This document shows positions 9,379-20,510 of a DNA stretch of 56,242 nt, piece after piece. The first letter of the stretch is position 1. Each line of letters starts with the position of its first letter. A program made the position numbers and the translations under genes. This DNA comes from Gemmatimonadota bacterium (lineage in GTDB: Bacteria > Gemmatimonadota > Gemmatimonadetes > Longimicrobiales > Gaopeijiaceae), in contig JBDHHQ010000022.1 of the NCBI GenBank assembly GCA_039589315.1, positions 1 through 56,242 of the forward strand, given 5' to 3'. The notes beneath the pieces were generated by a model that did not search any database, was not told the DNA's origin, and saw only the letters and a list, made by a program, of their open reading frames with translations.

Positions 9379-9981
9379 CTATGCCTCGGCCTCTTCGGCC
9401 TCCACGGCAGTCTTCAATCGTCTCAACGCTCGGTGAACCCTCACGGCCACCGCGTTGTGGCTGATGTTCAGGGACTCGGCGATCTCGCCGTTGCTCAACC
9501 CCGCGCCGTACCGGAGGCTCAGGATCTCCTGGTCAGCCGGCCGGAGCGTCTGATTGGCGTTCAGCAGGGTCTGAATCCGTTCCTGCCGCAGCACGCGCTC
9601 CTCCTGGGACGGTGTGTCGGACACGAGGTCCGGTACCCGATCCAGCGATACGTGGAGCGAGCCACGCCGGCGAAGGGACCTCAGGTGATCCGTCACCGCG
9701 TTCCTCGCGATGCGGAGCAGCCATGTGCGGGGGGATGCCCGGCTCGGGTCGTAGCGCTCGAAGGAGCGCAGGGCCTTGAGGAAGACCTCGGAGGTTACGT
9801 CCTCCGCGACTTCACGGGTGGCCACCCGAAAGCGGACGTACCGGTACACGGTGGACCGGTGCTGGTCGTACCAGTCCTCGAAAGCGCCCGGAAAGTCCGG
9901 GGCCACAGATGCCCGGGACGGACCCTTGCGTTCGGCAACCTGCGGTCGCTCCACAGCCTGCGATCGGTCTCGCATCGCCAC
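9379..9981 (-). CDS. ECF RNA polymerase sigma factor
   Basis: AEDVTSEVFLKA, WLLRIARN, region 4 HTH EIAESLNISHNAVAVRVHRAL; start may be ATG 9975. Confidence 0.92.
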   Translation of the reverse strand: MAMRDRSQAVERPQVAERKGPSRASVAPDFPGAFEDWYDQHRSTVYRYVRFRVATREVAEDVTSEVFLKALRSFERYDPSRASPRTWLLRIARNAVTDHLRSLRRRGSLHVSLDRVPDLVSDTPSQEERVLRQERIQTLLNANQTLRPADQEILSLRYGAGLSNGEIAESLNISHNAVAVRVHRALRRLKTAVEAEEAEA

Positions 9982-10095
9982 CCTATACGCCCCCTCCCCT
10001 GTCCCGATTACAGATTCTGTACTTGATCGCTACGCCCCCCTGAGCGGTTCCGGACAGGGAGGCCCGATGTCGGAACTCGCTGGCGGTGGATCCGC

Positions 10096-10269
10096 TCAGT
10101 GTTCCCGAGTGTCTACCTCGACGCGCACGGAGGCGCTTTCTGAGGTTGGCGTGCGGAGATGCACCTCCAGCGGCGTTTCGCAGTGGCTGCATTGAATGTG
10201 GGTGACCGGCTCTCGGAGGGTGACGCCGTCCTGATGGCCGCACACCGGGCAGTGGTACCGACTCCACAC
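10096..10269 (-). CDS. Small Zn-ribbon protein (57 aa)
   Basis: CPVC...CSHC pair; GTG start after purine-rich RBS-like sequence; co-oriented in gap-sigma interval. Confidence 0.55.
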   Translation of the reverse strand: MWSRYHCPVCGHQDGVTLREPVTHIQCSHCETPLEVHLRTPTSESASVRVEVDTREH

Positions 10270-10465
10270 CTCCCCGCTCCCCGAACGTTCGGCGCCCGGC
10301 GTCGAGGGGTCCCCCGACGGCCGGCTCGCCCACGGGCTCGAGTCCTTGCCGCTCGGGCGACGCTCCGAGGAGTGCGAATCCGCGAATCCAGCCATCCGGC
10401 CCTTCCTTCCCGTCGTCGCGGTGCCGCTCGCGCACGTTGGCGACCGCCACCGTCTGTTGCTCAGA

Positions 10466-12298
<1,833 letters not shown>

Positions 12299-12302
<4 letters not shown>

Positions 12303-13144
12303 TCAGCCCCCGTCCGGGCTCCATCGAGCGCCGTCCTCATGGCCTCCAGGGGCGCCGGCACCCCCCACCAGCGGGCGAAGCTCGCCGCCCCCTGGCGGAG
12401 CAGCATCTCCCCGCCGTCCGCTGCCGGGATGCCGCGAGCGCGTGCCGCCCCGACCAGGCCGGTGTCCCCCGACGGCGTGTAGACCAGATCCAGGACCGCC
12501 CGAGCGACGCCCAGGCCGCCCAGGTCGACGGGAAGGGCGTCACCGGACCGGAGCCCGAGGCGCGTGGCATTCACGACCAGGTCGAAGTGCCCTCCGACGG
12601 CGGCTGCGGTATCCGGGAGCACTCGAACGCGGGGGTCCCCCATACGTCCCGCCAGGGCCCGCGCTCGCTCGACGGTTCGGTTGAGCACCAGCACCTCCCC
12701 CACGCCCTCCGCCAGCAGGGCCGCCGCGGTCGCCCGCGCCACCCCACCCGCGCCCAACAGCAACACGCGACCGTCGCGGACTGGGCCGCACAGGGCCTCG
12801 ACCGCTCCCCTTACGCCTTGGACGTCGGTGTTGTCCCCGTGCATCCGCTCGTCGTCCCACCAGAAGGTGTTGCACGCTCCGGTGCGCCGGACGGCCGGCG
12901 ACGCCACGTCGAGGTTCCGTGCGGCGGTCTCCTTGTGTGGGAGGGTCACGTTCCCGCCCCCCCCTGCCCGGGCGAGCCCTCGCATGAGGCCCGCGACTTC
13001 CGCGGCACCGCAACGCAGCGCCACGTAGACGCCGTCGAGGCCCAACGACGCGATTCCGGCGTTCTGAATCGCGGGCGAGAGGGAGTGGGCGACGGGGTCG
13101 CCGAGCAGCGCCAGTAGGCGCGTGGAGGCGGTGACGCCTGCCAT
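12299..13144 (-). CDS. aroE: Shikimate dehydrogenase
   Basis: GDPVAHSLSP, NVTLPHK, NTD, GAGGVARA, MLLRQG. Confidence 0.93.
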
Positions 13145-13650
13145 CACGGAGCCAGAATCGGTTCCAACCTCGTCAGCACCTTCTCCACGAGCCGGCGGAT
13201 GACCAGGAACGTCTCCTGGTATCGGCTGTCCTCTGCACCGAAGGGGTCGGGGATCCCCGGGGCTCCGGTCCCGGTGTCGCCCTCCGCGAACGTCGTGAGG
13301 AGCGCCGTCTTCTCCTCCCCGCCCAACGCCGAGGCCGCCTCGGAATGGGGCCACGACATGGTGAGGATCAAGTCCGCCCAGCCGACGAGATCGCTGGAGA
13401 GGCGCGCGCTCCGGTGGCCCGAGAGGTCCAGGCCGTAGCTGGCGGCGGTCCGGACGGCACCGCCGCTGGCGGGAGAGCCGGCCCACGCGCCCGTGCCGGC
13501 CGACCGGACCTCCACATGGCGCCACCCCAGCTCCGCCAGCTGGGCGTTCATCGCCGCCTCCGCCATGGGGCTTCGGCACGTGTTGCCCGTGCAGACGAAC
13601 AACACGCGGAATCCCTCCGTCTCCGGGTTCGAATCAGCTGGTCGGCTCAT
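13144..13650 (-). CDS. Low-molecular-weight protein phosphatase, YwlE-like (arginine phosphatase type)
   Basis: P-loop VCTGNTCRSPMAE, IPDPFG. Confidence 0.88.
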   Translation of the reverse strand: MSRPADSNPETEGFRVLFVCTGNTCRSPMAEAAMNAQLAELGWRHVEVRSAGTGAWAGSPASGGAVRTAASYGLDLSGHRSARLSSDLVGWADLILTMSWPHSEAASALGGEEKTALLTTFAEGDTGTGAPGIPDPFGAEDSRYQETFLVIRRLVEKVLTRLEPILAP

Positions 13651-14299
13651 GAATCTCCGGTAGGACCTCCCGTATCCGGCGCACGCTCACGGCCCCGGTA
13701 CGGAGGATCCGCGGCTCTGCGCCGGAGACGTCGACCAGGGTGGACGGGTGCGCCGGAGGCAGCTCCCCGACGTCGAGGACCCACAGGTCATCGCCCGCCC
13801 CACCGGCCACGGCCGCCTCCAGCGCGGCCTCTCCTGTCGTTGCGGGAGCCGCTCCCGGCATGTTGGCGCTCGTCGACGTGAGGGGACGCCCCAGCGCTCT
13901 CACGATGGAATCTACAACCGGGTGGGGAGACACCCGCACCGCCACCGTGCCCGTGGTCGCCCTCACCGGCGGCGGGTAGCGCCCGTACGGATCCCCCAGA
14001 ACCAGTGTGAGAGGGCCCGGCCAGAATGCGTCGGCCAACCGGCTCGCCGCCTCCGGCCACCTCAACTCCGACACCCATCCAGCGGACGGAACCAGCAGGA
14101 GGAAGGCCCCGCCCGCCCTCCGCGGCTTCAACCGTTCCAGCCGCGCCAGCGGAGCTGGATCGGGCACGCACCCGAAGCCATACACGGTCTCGGTGGGATA
14201 GGCCAGAAGCCCCCCCCTTTTCAGGTGACGGATCACGCTGTCCACCGTGTGGGGCTCCAGCGTGCCGGAGCACACCGGAATCCGTTGTGGCCCCGTCAC
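13634..14299 (-). CDS. tsaC: L-threonylcarbamoyladenylate synthase (TsaC/Sua5 YrdC domain)
   Basis: YPTETVYG, WPGPLT, STSAN. Confidence 0.92.
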   Translation of the reverse strand: MTGPQRIPVCSGTLEPHTVDSVIRHLKRGGLLAYPTETVYGFGCVPDPAPLARLERLKPRRAGGAFLLLVPSAGWVSELRWPEAASRLADAFWPGPLTLVLGDPYGRYPPPVRATTGTVAVRVSPHPVVDSIVRALGRPLTSTSANMPGAAPATTGEAALEAAVAGGAGDDLWVLDVGELPPAHPSTLVDVSGAEPRILRTGAVSVRRIREVLPEIHEPTS

Positions 14300-15087
14300 C
14301 GGTTCCTCCTGTCCAGGATGAGGTCGGCAAAGTCAACATCCTCCGGACGTGTCACTTTCAGATTCCACGGACCCGCTTCCACCATGACCACCGGATGGCC
14401 GGCTCCCTCCACCAGAGAGGCGTCGTCGGTGGCCAGCCCCTCAGAGTCCCGGGCGTACGCCTCGTCGGCCATCCAGCGGGGGAACGCCTGGGGCGTCTGC
14501 GCATGCCACAGGCGCGACCGGTCGGGCGTGCGGACGATGCGGCCGTGGTCGTCGGTCTCCTTCATCGTGTCCACCGCCGGGAAGCCCGCCACGGCGCCCC
14601 AGCCTCGCCCGGCCGCGGCGACGCACTCGTCGATGACGGCGCCGGTCACGAGGGGACGGGCGCCGTCGTGGATCAGGACCACGCCCACGCTCGCCGGCAA
14701 CGCCGCCAGCCCCGCGCGCACGGAGTCGGTCCGTGTGTCACCGCCCGCCACCAGGCGGAGGCGAGGGTCCGCCCCCGCCAGCCAATCCGGCGGCTCGGCA
14801 GCGTCCGGGGGAGCGAGGGCGACGACGACGGCGACCACGTCACGACGGGCGAAGAACGGCCGCAGCGCACGCAGGAGCACGGGAACACCCCGGAGCTCCA
14901 AGAACGTCTTCTGCACGCCCCCCATGCGCCGCCCGGCGCCAGCGGCGGGCACGACCACCCCGACGGTCGGTCCCTCCCCGGCAGCGTCTTCGGGGCCCTT
15001 CGGGCTCGGCGTGGCGGTCCGCTCCGCACCTCCGCCTCCGTCTACGTCCGCGCCCCTGGGGCCCGTCGTCTCCGGCTCGTCCGTCAC
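14296..15087 (-). CDS. ispD: 2-C-methyl-D-erythritol 4-phosphate cytidylyltransferase
   Basis: PAAGAGRRMG, IHDGARP, QTPQ, TDDAS, NLKVT. Confidence 0.93.
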   Translation of the reverse strand: MTDEPETTGPRGADVDGGGGAERTATPSPKGPEDAAGEGPTVGVVVPAAGAGRRMGGVQKTFLELRGVPVLLRALRPFFARRDVVAVVVALAPPDAAEPPDWLAGADPRLRLVAGGDTRTDSVRAGLAALPASVGVVLIHDGARPLVTGAVIDECVAAAGRGWGAVAGFPAVDTMKETDDHGRIVRTPDRSRLWHAQTPQAFPRWMADEAYARDSEGLATDDASLVEGAGHPVVMVEAGPWNLKVTRPEDVDFADLILDRRNR

Positions 15088-16514
15088 GCGCCGCCGAAGG
15101 CGCTCGGACCCCCGTTGCCCGGAACGGGCGCTCCGGGAGAGCGAGCTATCGAGTCGAAGCGCGTGTAGGCCTTGTGGAAGTAGAGCTCGACGGAACCGGT
15201 GGGCCCGTTCCGTTGCTTGCCGACGATGAGCTCGGCCTTCCCCTCGATCGAGTTGCCCTCGCTGTCCACCGGTCCGAAGTAGTACTCGGGTCGATACAGG
15301 AACATCACCAGATCGGCGTCCTGCTCGATGCTGCCGCTTTCCCGGAGGTCGGAGAGCTGGGGCCTCCGGTCGGTCCGCTGCTCGGGAGCCCGGCTCAACT
15401 GGCTGAGGGCCACGACGGGGACGTCAAGCTCCCGCGCCAGTGCCTTCAGCCCACGGGAGATCTCGCTCACCTCCTGAACGCGGCCGTCGGTGCGTCCGGA
15501 GCCGGACATGAGCTGCATGTAGTCCACCACCACGAGGCCGATGTCAGACTCGGTCTTGAGCCGGCGCGCCTTGGCCCGCATCTCGAGGACGGTCGAGGCT
15601 GGAGAGTCGTCGATCCAGAGCGGGGCCGTGTTCAGATGGCCCGCGGCGGCAGCCAGCCGCTGGTGCTCCTCGGGGCTGAGCCGCCCTCGCCTGAGCTTCT
15701 GCGCGTCTACCCTGCCCTCGGCGCAGAGGAATCGGAGCACGAGCTGCTCCTTGGACATCTCCAGCGAGAAGATCGCGACCGGCACCTGGTGCTCGATGGC
15801 CGCGGTCTGTGCCACGTTGAGCACCAAGGAGGTCTTTCCCATGGCCGGGCGCGCGGCCACGATGATGAGATCTCCCCGCTGGAGACCCGTCGTCATGTGG
15901 TCCAGGTCCTTGAAGCCCGTGGCCACGCCGGTGATGCCCCCCTCGGAGCCCTGAAGGCGCTCGATGTGCTCGAAGGTGGGCCAGAGGATCTCCTTGATCC
16001 ACACGAAGCCCTCCCGAGCGTGGCTCTGGGCCACCTGGAAGACCTTTTGCTCGGCCTGGTCCAGCACCTCCTCGACCGGCCGCTCGCCCTGCTCGTAGGC
16101 ATCGCGCACGATGGACGACGCCGCGTCGATGAGCCGTCGCAGCAGAGCCTTTTCTCGCACGATCTTGGCGTGGTATTCGATGTTGGCCGCCGTTGGCACG
16201 GCGTCCAGCAGCTCCGCCAGGTAGCGCATGCCCCCGGAGCTGTCCAGCTCGTCGGTCTTCTTGAGCTCCTCGCTGAGGGTGATGACGTCGATCACGTCGC
16301 CGCGCTCGAAGATGCGAACCATGGACCGGAAGAGCCGCCGATTGGCCTCCCTGAAGAACATGGAGTCGTTGACGACCTCGACCACCCGGGCCACGGCGTT
16401 GGGGTCCAATAGCATGGCGCCCAGGACCGACACCTCGGCTTCGAGAGAGAAGGGCGGCGTACGGTCGTAGCCCGGTGCGACGGGTGTTACGAGCTGTGGC
16501 TCCGGCACGTTCAC
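15084..16514 (-). CDS. dnaB: Replicative DNA helicase
   Basis: AARPAMGKT, DYMQLM, LSQLSR, DLRESGSIEQDAD; no intein. Confidence 0.97.
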   Translation of the reverse strand: MNVPEPQLVTPVAPGYDRTPPFSLEAEVSVLGAMLLDPNAVARVVEVVNDSMFFREANRRLFRSMVRIFERGDVIDVITLSEELKKTDELDSSGGMRYLAELLDAVPTAANIEYHAKIVREKALLRRLIDAASSIVRDAYEQGERPVEEVLDQAEQKVFQVAQSHAREGFVWIKEILWPTFEHIERLQGSEGGITGVATGFKDLDHMTTGLQRGDLIIVAARPAMGKTSLVLNVAQTAAIEHQVPVAIFSLEMSKEQLVLRFLCAEGRVDAQKLRRGRLSPEEHQRLAAAAGHLNTAPLWIDDSPASTVLEMRAKARRLKTESDIGLVVVDYMQLMSGSGRTDGRVQEVSEISRGLKALARELDVPVVALSQLSRAPEQRTDRRPQLSDLRESGSIEQDADLVMFLYRPEYYFGPVDSEGNSIEGKAELIVGKQRNGPTGSVELYFHKAYTRFDSIARSPGAPVPGNGGPSAFGGA

Positions 16515-16566
16515 GTCCGGTGCTCCGGTGGGCGGGATCGAGGTGCGAATCGCAGAGCGATGGGGG

Positions 16567-17352
16567 TCAACTGCCGTCCAGCACTTGCCTCAGGAGTTGC
16601 AGGTCGTCCCAGGTGGCGCGGGTCCACCCGGGGTTTCGTAGGAGCGCGGCCGGATGGTAGGACACCACGAGCGGCACGCCCTCGTAACTGTACACCTCGC
16701 CCCTCAACTTGCCCAGAGGCCGGCTCACGCCGGTCAACAACTGGGCGGCAAACGTCCCCACCGCGAGGATCGCCTCCGGCGCGACCAACGCGATCTGGCT
16801 CTGAAGGAACGGTGAGCAGAGCTGGATCTCCTCTGGGAGGGGATTCCGGTTACCCGGAGGACGACACTTGAGGACGTTGCAGATATACACGGACTCTGCC
16901 CGCGACAGTCCCACCGACGCCAGGAGAAGGTCCAGGAGCCTGCCGGCCTGCCCGACGAACGGGAGTCCGGTACGGTCTTCATTGGCACCCGGAGCCTCTC
17001 CGACCACCACGAGGCGCCCGTCGGGGTTCCCGTCGGAGAACACCACGTTCGTGCGGGTCCCGGCCAAGCCGCACTTCGTGCAGGTCAGGGCCGACTGACG
17101 GAGCGCCTCATAGTCGCTGCCCACCGCGGCGGCGGCATCGTGCACCGCGGGGGTGGGCCGGGGCGTCGATCCCGCGGAGCCGGTCCCCCGCGCTCCCTCG
17201 GGCTCCGCCGGTGAGGCGCCCCCCTCGGCCGCGGCCCGGGCCAACGCCAGTACTGCGTCGCGGCTCAAGCCCGGGAAGACCATCGGGCTTTGGCCCAGCT
17301 CGTCTCGTTGTCGGAGCAGCCGAGCCAGCTCGCTGACTCGCGGGTCTCTCAT
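16567..17352 (-). CDS. Uracil-DNA glycosylase family 4 (Fe-S)
   Basis: CTKC, GEAPG, PFVG, KCRPPGNR, YHPAA; start ATG 17352 overlaps coaBC stop. Confidence 0.92.
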   Translation of the reverse strand: MRDPRVSELARLLRQRDELGQSPMVFPGLSRDAVLALARAAAEGGASPAEPEGARGTGSAGSTPRPTPAVHDAAAAVGSDYEALRQSALTCTKCGLAGTRTNVVFSDGNPDGRLVVVGEAPGANEDRTGLPFVGQAGRLLDLLLASVGLSRAESVYICNVLKCRPPGNRNPLPEEIQLCSPFLQSQIALVAPEAILAVGTFAAQLLTGVSRPLGKLRGEVYSYEGVPLVVSYHPAALLRNPGWTRATWDDLQLLRQVLDGS

Positions 17353-18587
17353 GCGCGCTCCCCCAACAGCCACTCCACCCGGTCCAGAATCTCGTCGGCC
17401 ATCTGCTCCTTGCTCTGGAGAGGCAACGGCTCTGGATCCCCGCTCGAGGAGAGGATCGTGACCCGGTTGGTGGTGGCCTCGAAGCCTGCGTCCGGCTCGC
17501 CCGCGGCATTGGCCACGACGAGGTCGAAGCCCTTCGCTTCGAGCTTTGCTCTCGCATTGGCCAGCAGGTCCCGTGTCTCGAGGGCGAAGCCCACCACGAC
17601 CGCCCCCGGCTTGCGTGCTTCGCGGGTCCCCCCCGCCACGTCCGGGTTGGCTTCCAGGGTCAGCATGAGCTCCGGTCCGGTCAGCGACCGCTTGAGCTTG
17701 TCAGCGGACGCGTTCGTCGGACGGTAGTCCGCCACGGCCGCGGCGAACACCACCACGTCCGCCTCACCAATGACGCGCTGCACGGCTTCGTTCATCTCGA
17801 CGGCCGTTTCGACCCCGACCACGTCCGCGCCGATGGGCGGGTCGATGGACACCGGCCCCGTGACGAGCGTGACCTTCGCACCTCGCCGCCAGGCCGCAGT
17901 GGCCAGGGCGTGTCCCGTCCTACCGGACGACCGATTGCCGACGTAGCGCACCGGATCGACGGGCTCCCGGGTGGGCCCCGACGTGATCAGGACACGGAGA
18001 CCGTCCAGGCGGGAGCCCCGAGAAGCCAGGAGGCGACCGACGTGCTCCGTGATATCGGCGGGTTCCAGCATCCGTCCGGGGCCCGATTCCTCACCGGCGG
18101 CCAACGGCCCGATTCCCGGACCGCCGATGTGGTACCCCAGGCGCGACCGCAGCCGCTCGAGGTTGGCCTGCGTCTGGGGATGGGAGTACATCCGGTGATT
18201 CATCGCCGGGCACACCAGGACGGGCGCTCGCGTGGCCAGCAACGTGGTCGTCAGCAGGTCGTCGGCGCGACCCTCCGCCGCGCGCGCCATGAGATCCGCG
18301 GTGGCGGGAGCCACCACGACGACGTCCGCGTCTCGACCCAATCGGATGTGGAGCGCCACGCCTTCGGCGGAGAAGAGGTCGGTGAGGGGTCGCCGGCCGG
18401 TGACGCCCTCGAAGCTCAGCGCACCCACGAACCGCGTCGCCGCCGCAGTGAGCACGACGTCGACTCGAGCCCCGAGACGTGTGAGATCGCGCGCCAGCTG
18501 GACCGACTTGTATGCGGCGATGCCTCCGGATACGCCCAGCACGACGCGCCGGCCCTCCCAGGGCCGGCGGGGCGTCAGCACACGCAC
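17349..18587 (-). CDS. coaBC: Phosphopantothenoylcysteine decarboxylase/ligase
   Basis: GGIAAYK, PAMN, GPTREPVDPVRYVGNRSSG, AAVADY, GFALET. Confidence 0.96.
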   Translation of the reverse strand: MRVLTPRRPWEGRRVVLGVSGGIAAYKSVQLARDLTRLGARVDVVLTAAATRFVGALSFEGVTGRRPLTDLFSAEGVALHIRLGRDADVVVVAPATADLMARAAEGRADDLLTTTLLATRAPVLVCPAMNHRMYSHPQTQANLERLRSRLGYHIGGPGIGPLAAGEESGPGRMLEPADITEHVGRLLASRGSRLDGLRVLITSGPTREPVDPVRYVGNRSSGRTGHALATAAWRRGAKVTLVTGPVSIDPPIGADVVGVETAVEMNEAVQRVIGEADVVVFAAAVADYRPTNASADKLKRSLTGPELMLTLEANPDVAGGTREARKPGAVVVGFALETRDLLANARAKLEAKGFDLVVANAAGEPDAGFEATTNRVTILSSSGDPEPLPLQSKEQMADEILDRVEWLLGERA

Positions 18588-18640
18588 GGGACTCCCGGGG
18601 CCCGGGTCACGTCAGACGTCCGGGTGGCCGGGGGCGACGG

Positions 18641-18856
18641 TTAGTCCTCCCGCCGCCGACGTTTGACCAGGCGGAACTCGATCTCCCCGGACGTCAGGGC
18701 CTCCAACGCTCGGGTGGTGAGCTTCTTCTCCTGCCCGAGGGGCAGCGTCTCACGGGGGAGCAGGTTGAGCTCACGGGCATAGCGGGCGGACACCAGCACG
18801 CCCAGGTACTTGCTCCCGTTGTGATGGGCGACATCGCCCGGAGTGAAGACCCTCAT
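18641..18856 (-). CDS. rpoZ: RNA polymerase omega subunit
   Basis: SKYLGVLVSARYAREL; position between gmk and coaBC. Confidence 0.8.
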   Translation of the reverse strand: MRVFTPGDVAHHNGSKYLGVLVSARYARELNLLPRETLPLGQEKKLTTRALEALTSGEIEFRLVKRRRRED

Positions 18857-18920
18857 GTCGCGACCCTCTCGATTCCTGGAAGTTGATGGACTCTGCTACC
18901 TGTCCTCGCCCGTCGGGTTC

Positions 18921-19577
18921 CTACTCGCGACGCGCTCCGAGCCTCTCGTCGATCTCGGCCCGCAGCCGCTGCACGATGGCGGCGAGACCCTCTGCCCGCG
19001 CCGGACGGTGGACCTCGGCGTCGACGATGGCCCGTACGGCCGCCACCGCCTCGTCCAGATCGTCGTTGACCACCACGTAGTCGAACTCCTGGGCAGCGGC
19101 CAGCTCGGCCCGAGCGTTGGTGAGCCGGCGGAGCACCTCCGCGTCTTCCTCGGTGCCCCGGCCGGTCAGCCGCGCGACGAGGTCGTCCGCCGACGGCGGG
19201 AACACGAACACGAGGACGGCCCCGGGCACGCGCTCCCGGATCTGGCGTGCGCCCTGCACGTCGATGTCGAGGACCACATGTTGGCCCCGCCGGGTGGGCT
19301 TTTCAATGGCGTTGCGGGGCGTCCCGTACAGGTGACCGTGCACCTCGGCCCACTCCACCAGCTCTCCCGACTCGGCCAACTGCCGGAATCGGCCCTCGGA
19401 GACGAAATGGTAGTGCTCACCGGCCCGCTCTCCCGAACGGGGCTGGCGCGTGGTTGCCGACACGGAGAAGACGTACTCCGACGAGCCCTCCACCAGGGCC
19501 CGGGCGATGCTCGTCTTGCCGGTTCCGCTGGGCGCGGCCAGGACCACGGGACAAGCGTGGTGGGGCAGCGCCGTCAC
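18921..19577 (-). CDS. gmk: Guanylate kinase
   Basis: APSGTGKT, SATTRQPR, YGTP, DIDVQG; GTG start overlapping yicC stop. Confidence 0.94.
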   Translation of the reverse strand: MTALPHHACPVVLAAPSGTGKTSIARALVEGSSEYVFSVSATTRQPRSGERAGEHYHFVSEGRFRQLAESGELVEWAEVHGHLYGTPRNAIEKPTRRGQHVVLDIDVQGARQIRERVPGAVLVFVFPPSADDLVARLTGRGTEEDAEVLRRLTNARAELAAAQEFDYVVVNDDLDEAVAAVRAIVDAEVHRPARAEGLAAIVQRLRAEIDERLGARRE

Positions 19578-20464
19578 TCCACGTTCTCCAACTGCTCGCG
19601 CAGACGCTCGAGCTCCTCTTTCACACCGACTACGGAACGACCGATGGTCGTGTCGTTGGCCTTCGAGCCGATGGTGTTGGCCTCCCGGTGCATCTCCTGA
19701 ACGACGAACCCCAGGCGTTTGCCGACACCGTCGGAAGACGGCTCCGCCAGTGTCTCGAGGAACAGGTCGATGTGCGAGCGAAAGCGCACGAGCTCTTCGC
19801 TGATGTCCCACTTCTCAGCCAGGTAGGCGAGCTCCCGCGCCAGCCGGTCTTCATCCACGTCGTCCCGCTCCGCCAGCTCCCGGATCGCCCCTCTGAGCCG
19901 CTCGCGCTCGGACACGAGGCGCTGAGGTGCCTGTGACTCGATGTCGTCGAGGTGGCTGGCCATGGCGGTGATCCGCTCACGGAGGTCCACTTCGAGACGT
20001 TGGCCCTCGGTCTCCCTCATCGCGAGCACGCCCCGGGCAGCCTTCTCCGTGACCGCCTTCAGGACCTCCCGATCCACCTCGAACCGCCGCTGCGGCTCCG
20101 GTGCACGGAAGAGCTCGCCGAAACGGGCTACCGCGTCCAGGGTGATCTCGCCCGGAAGCTCCAACTCCCGGCCCAGGGTGTGGAGGAGCTCCCGGTACCG
20201 GCGGGCCCGATCCAGGTCGAGCTCCGGCAACCGATCGCTTCCGCCCGTGTTGTCCCGCTCCACGGTGACCGACACGTTGACGTGGCCCCTGGAGAGGAAC
20301 GGCCGGATCCACTTCTGCAGCTCGTGCTCGTACCGGTCCAGCCCGGGTGGCGTGCGCAGGTGCGTATTGAGGAACCGGTGGTTCAGGGTCTTGACCTCCA
20401 CCCTGAGCCGCCCGGCCTCGATCTCCTGCTCGGCCTCGCCGTACCCGGTCATGCTTCGGATCAT
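19574..20464 (-). CDS. yicC: YicC/YloC family endoribonuclease
   Basis: MIRSMTGYG, EMHREANTIGSK, REQLENVE. Confidence 0.93.
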   Translation of the reverse strand: MIRSMTGYGEAEQEIEAGRLRVEVKTLNHRFLNTHLRTPPGLDRYEHELQKWIRPFLSRGHVNVSVTVERDNTGGSDRLPELDLDRARRYRELLHTLGRELELPGEITLDAVARFGELFRAPEPQRRFEVDREVLKAVTEKAARGVLAMRETEGQRLEVDLRERITAMASHLDDIESQAPQRLVSERERLRGAIRELAERDDVDEDRLARELAYLAEKWDISEELVRFRSHIDLFLETLAEPSSDGVGKRLGFVVQEMHREANTIGSKANDTTIGRSVVGVKEELERLREQLENVE

Positions 20465-20510
20465 TCCCGCTCCAGAGTGTGGAAAGCCAACGAAGATAAC
20501 GCGGGGATCA

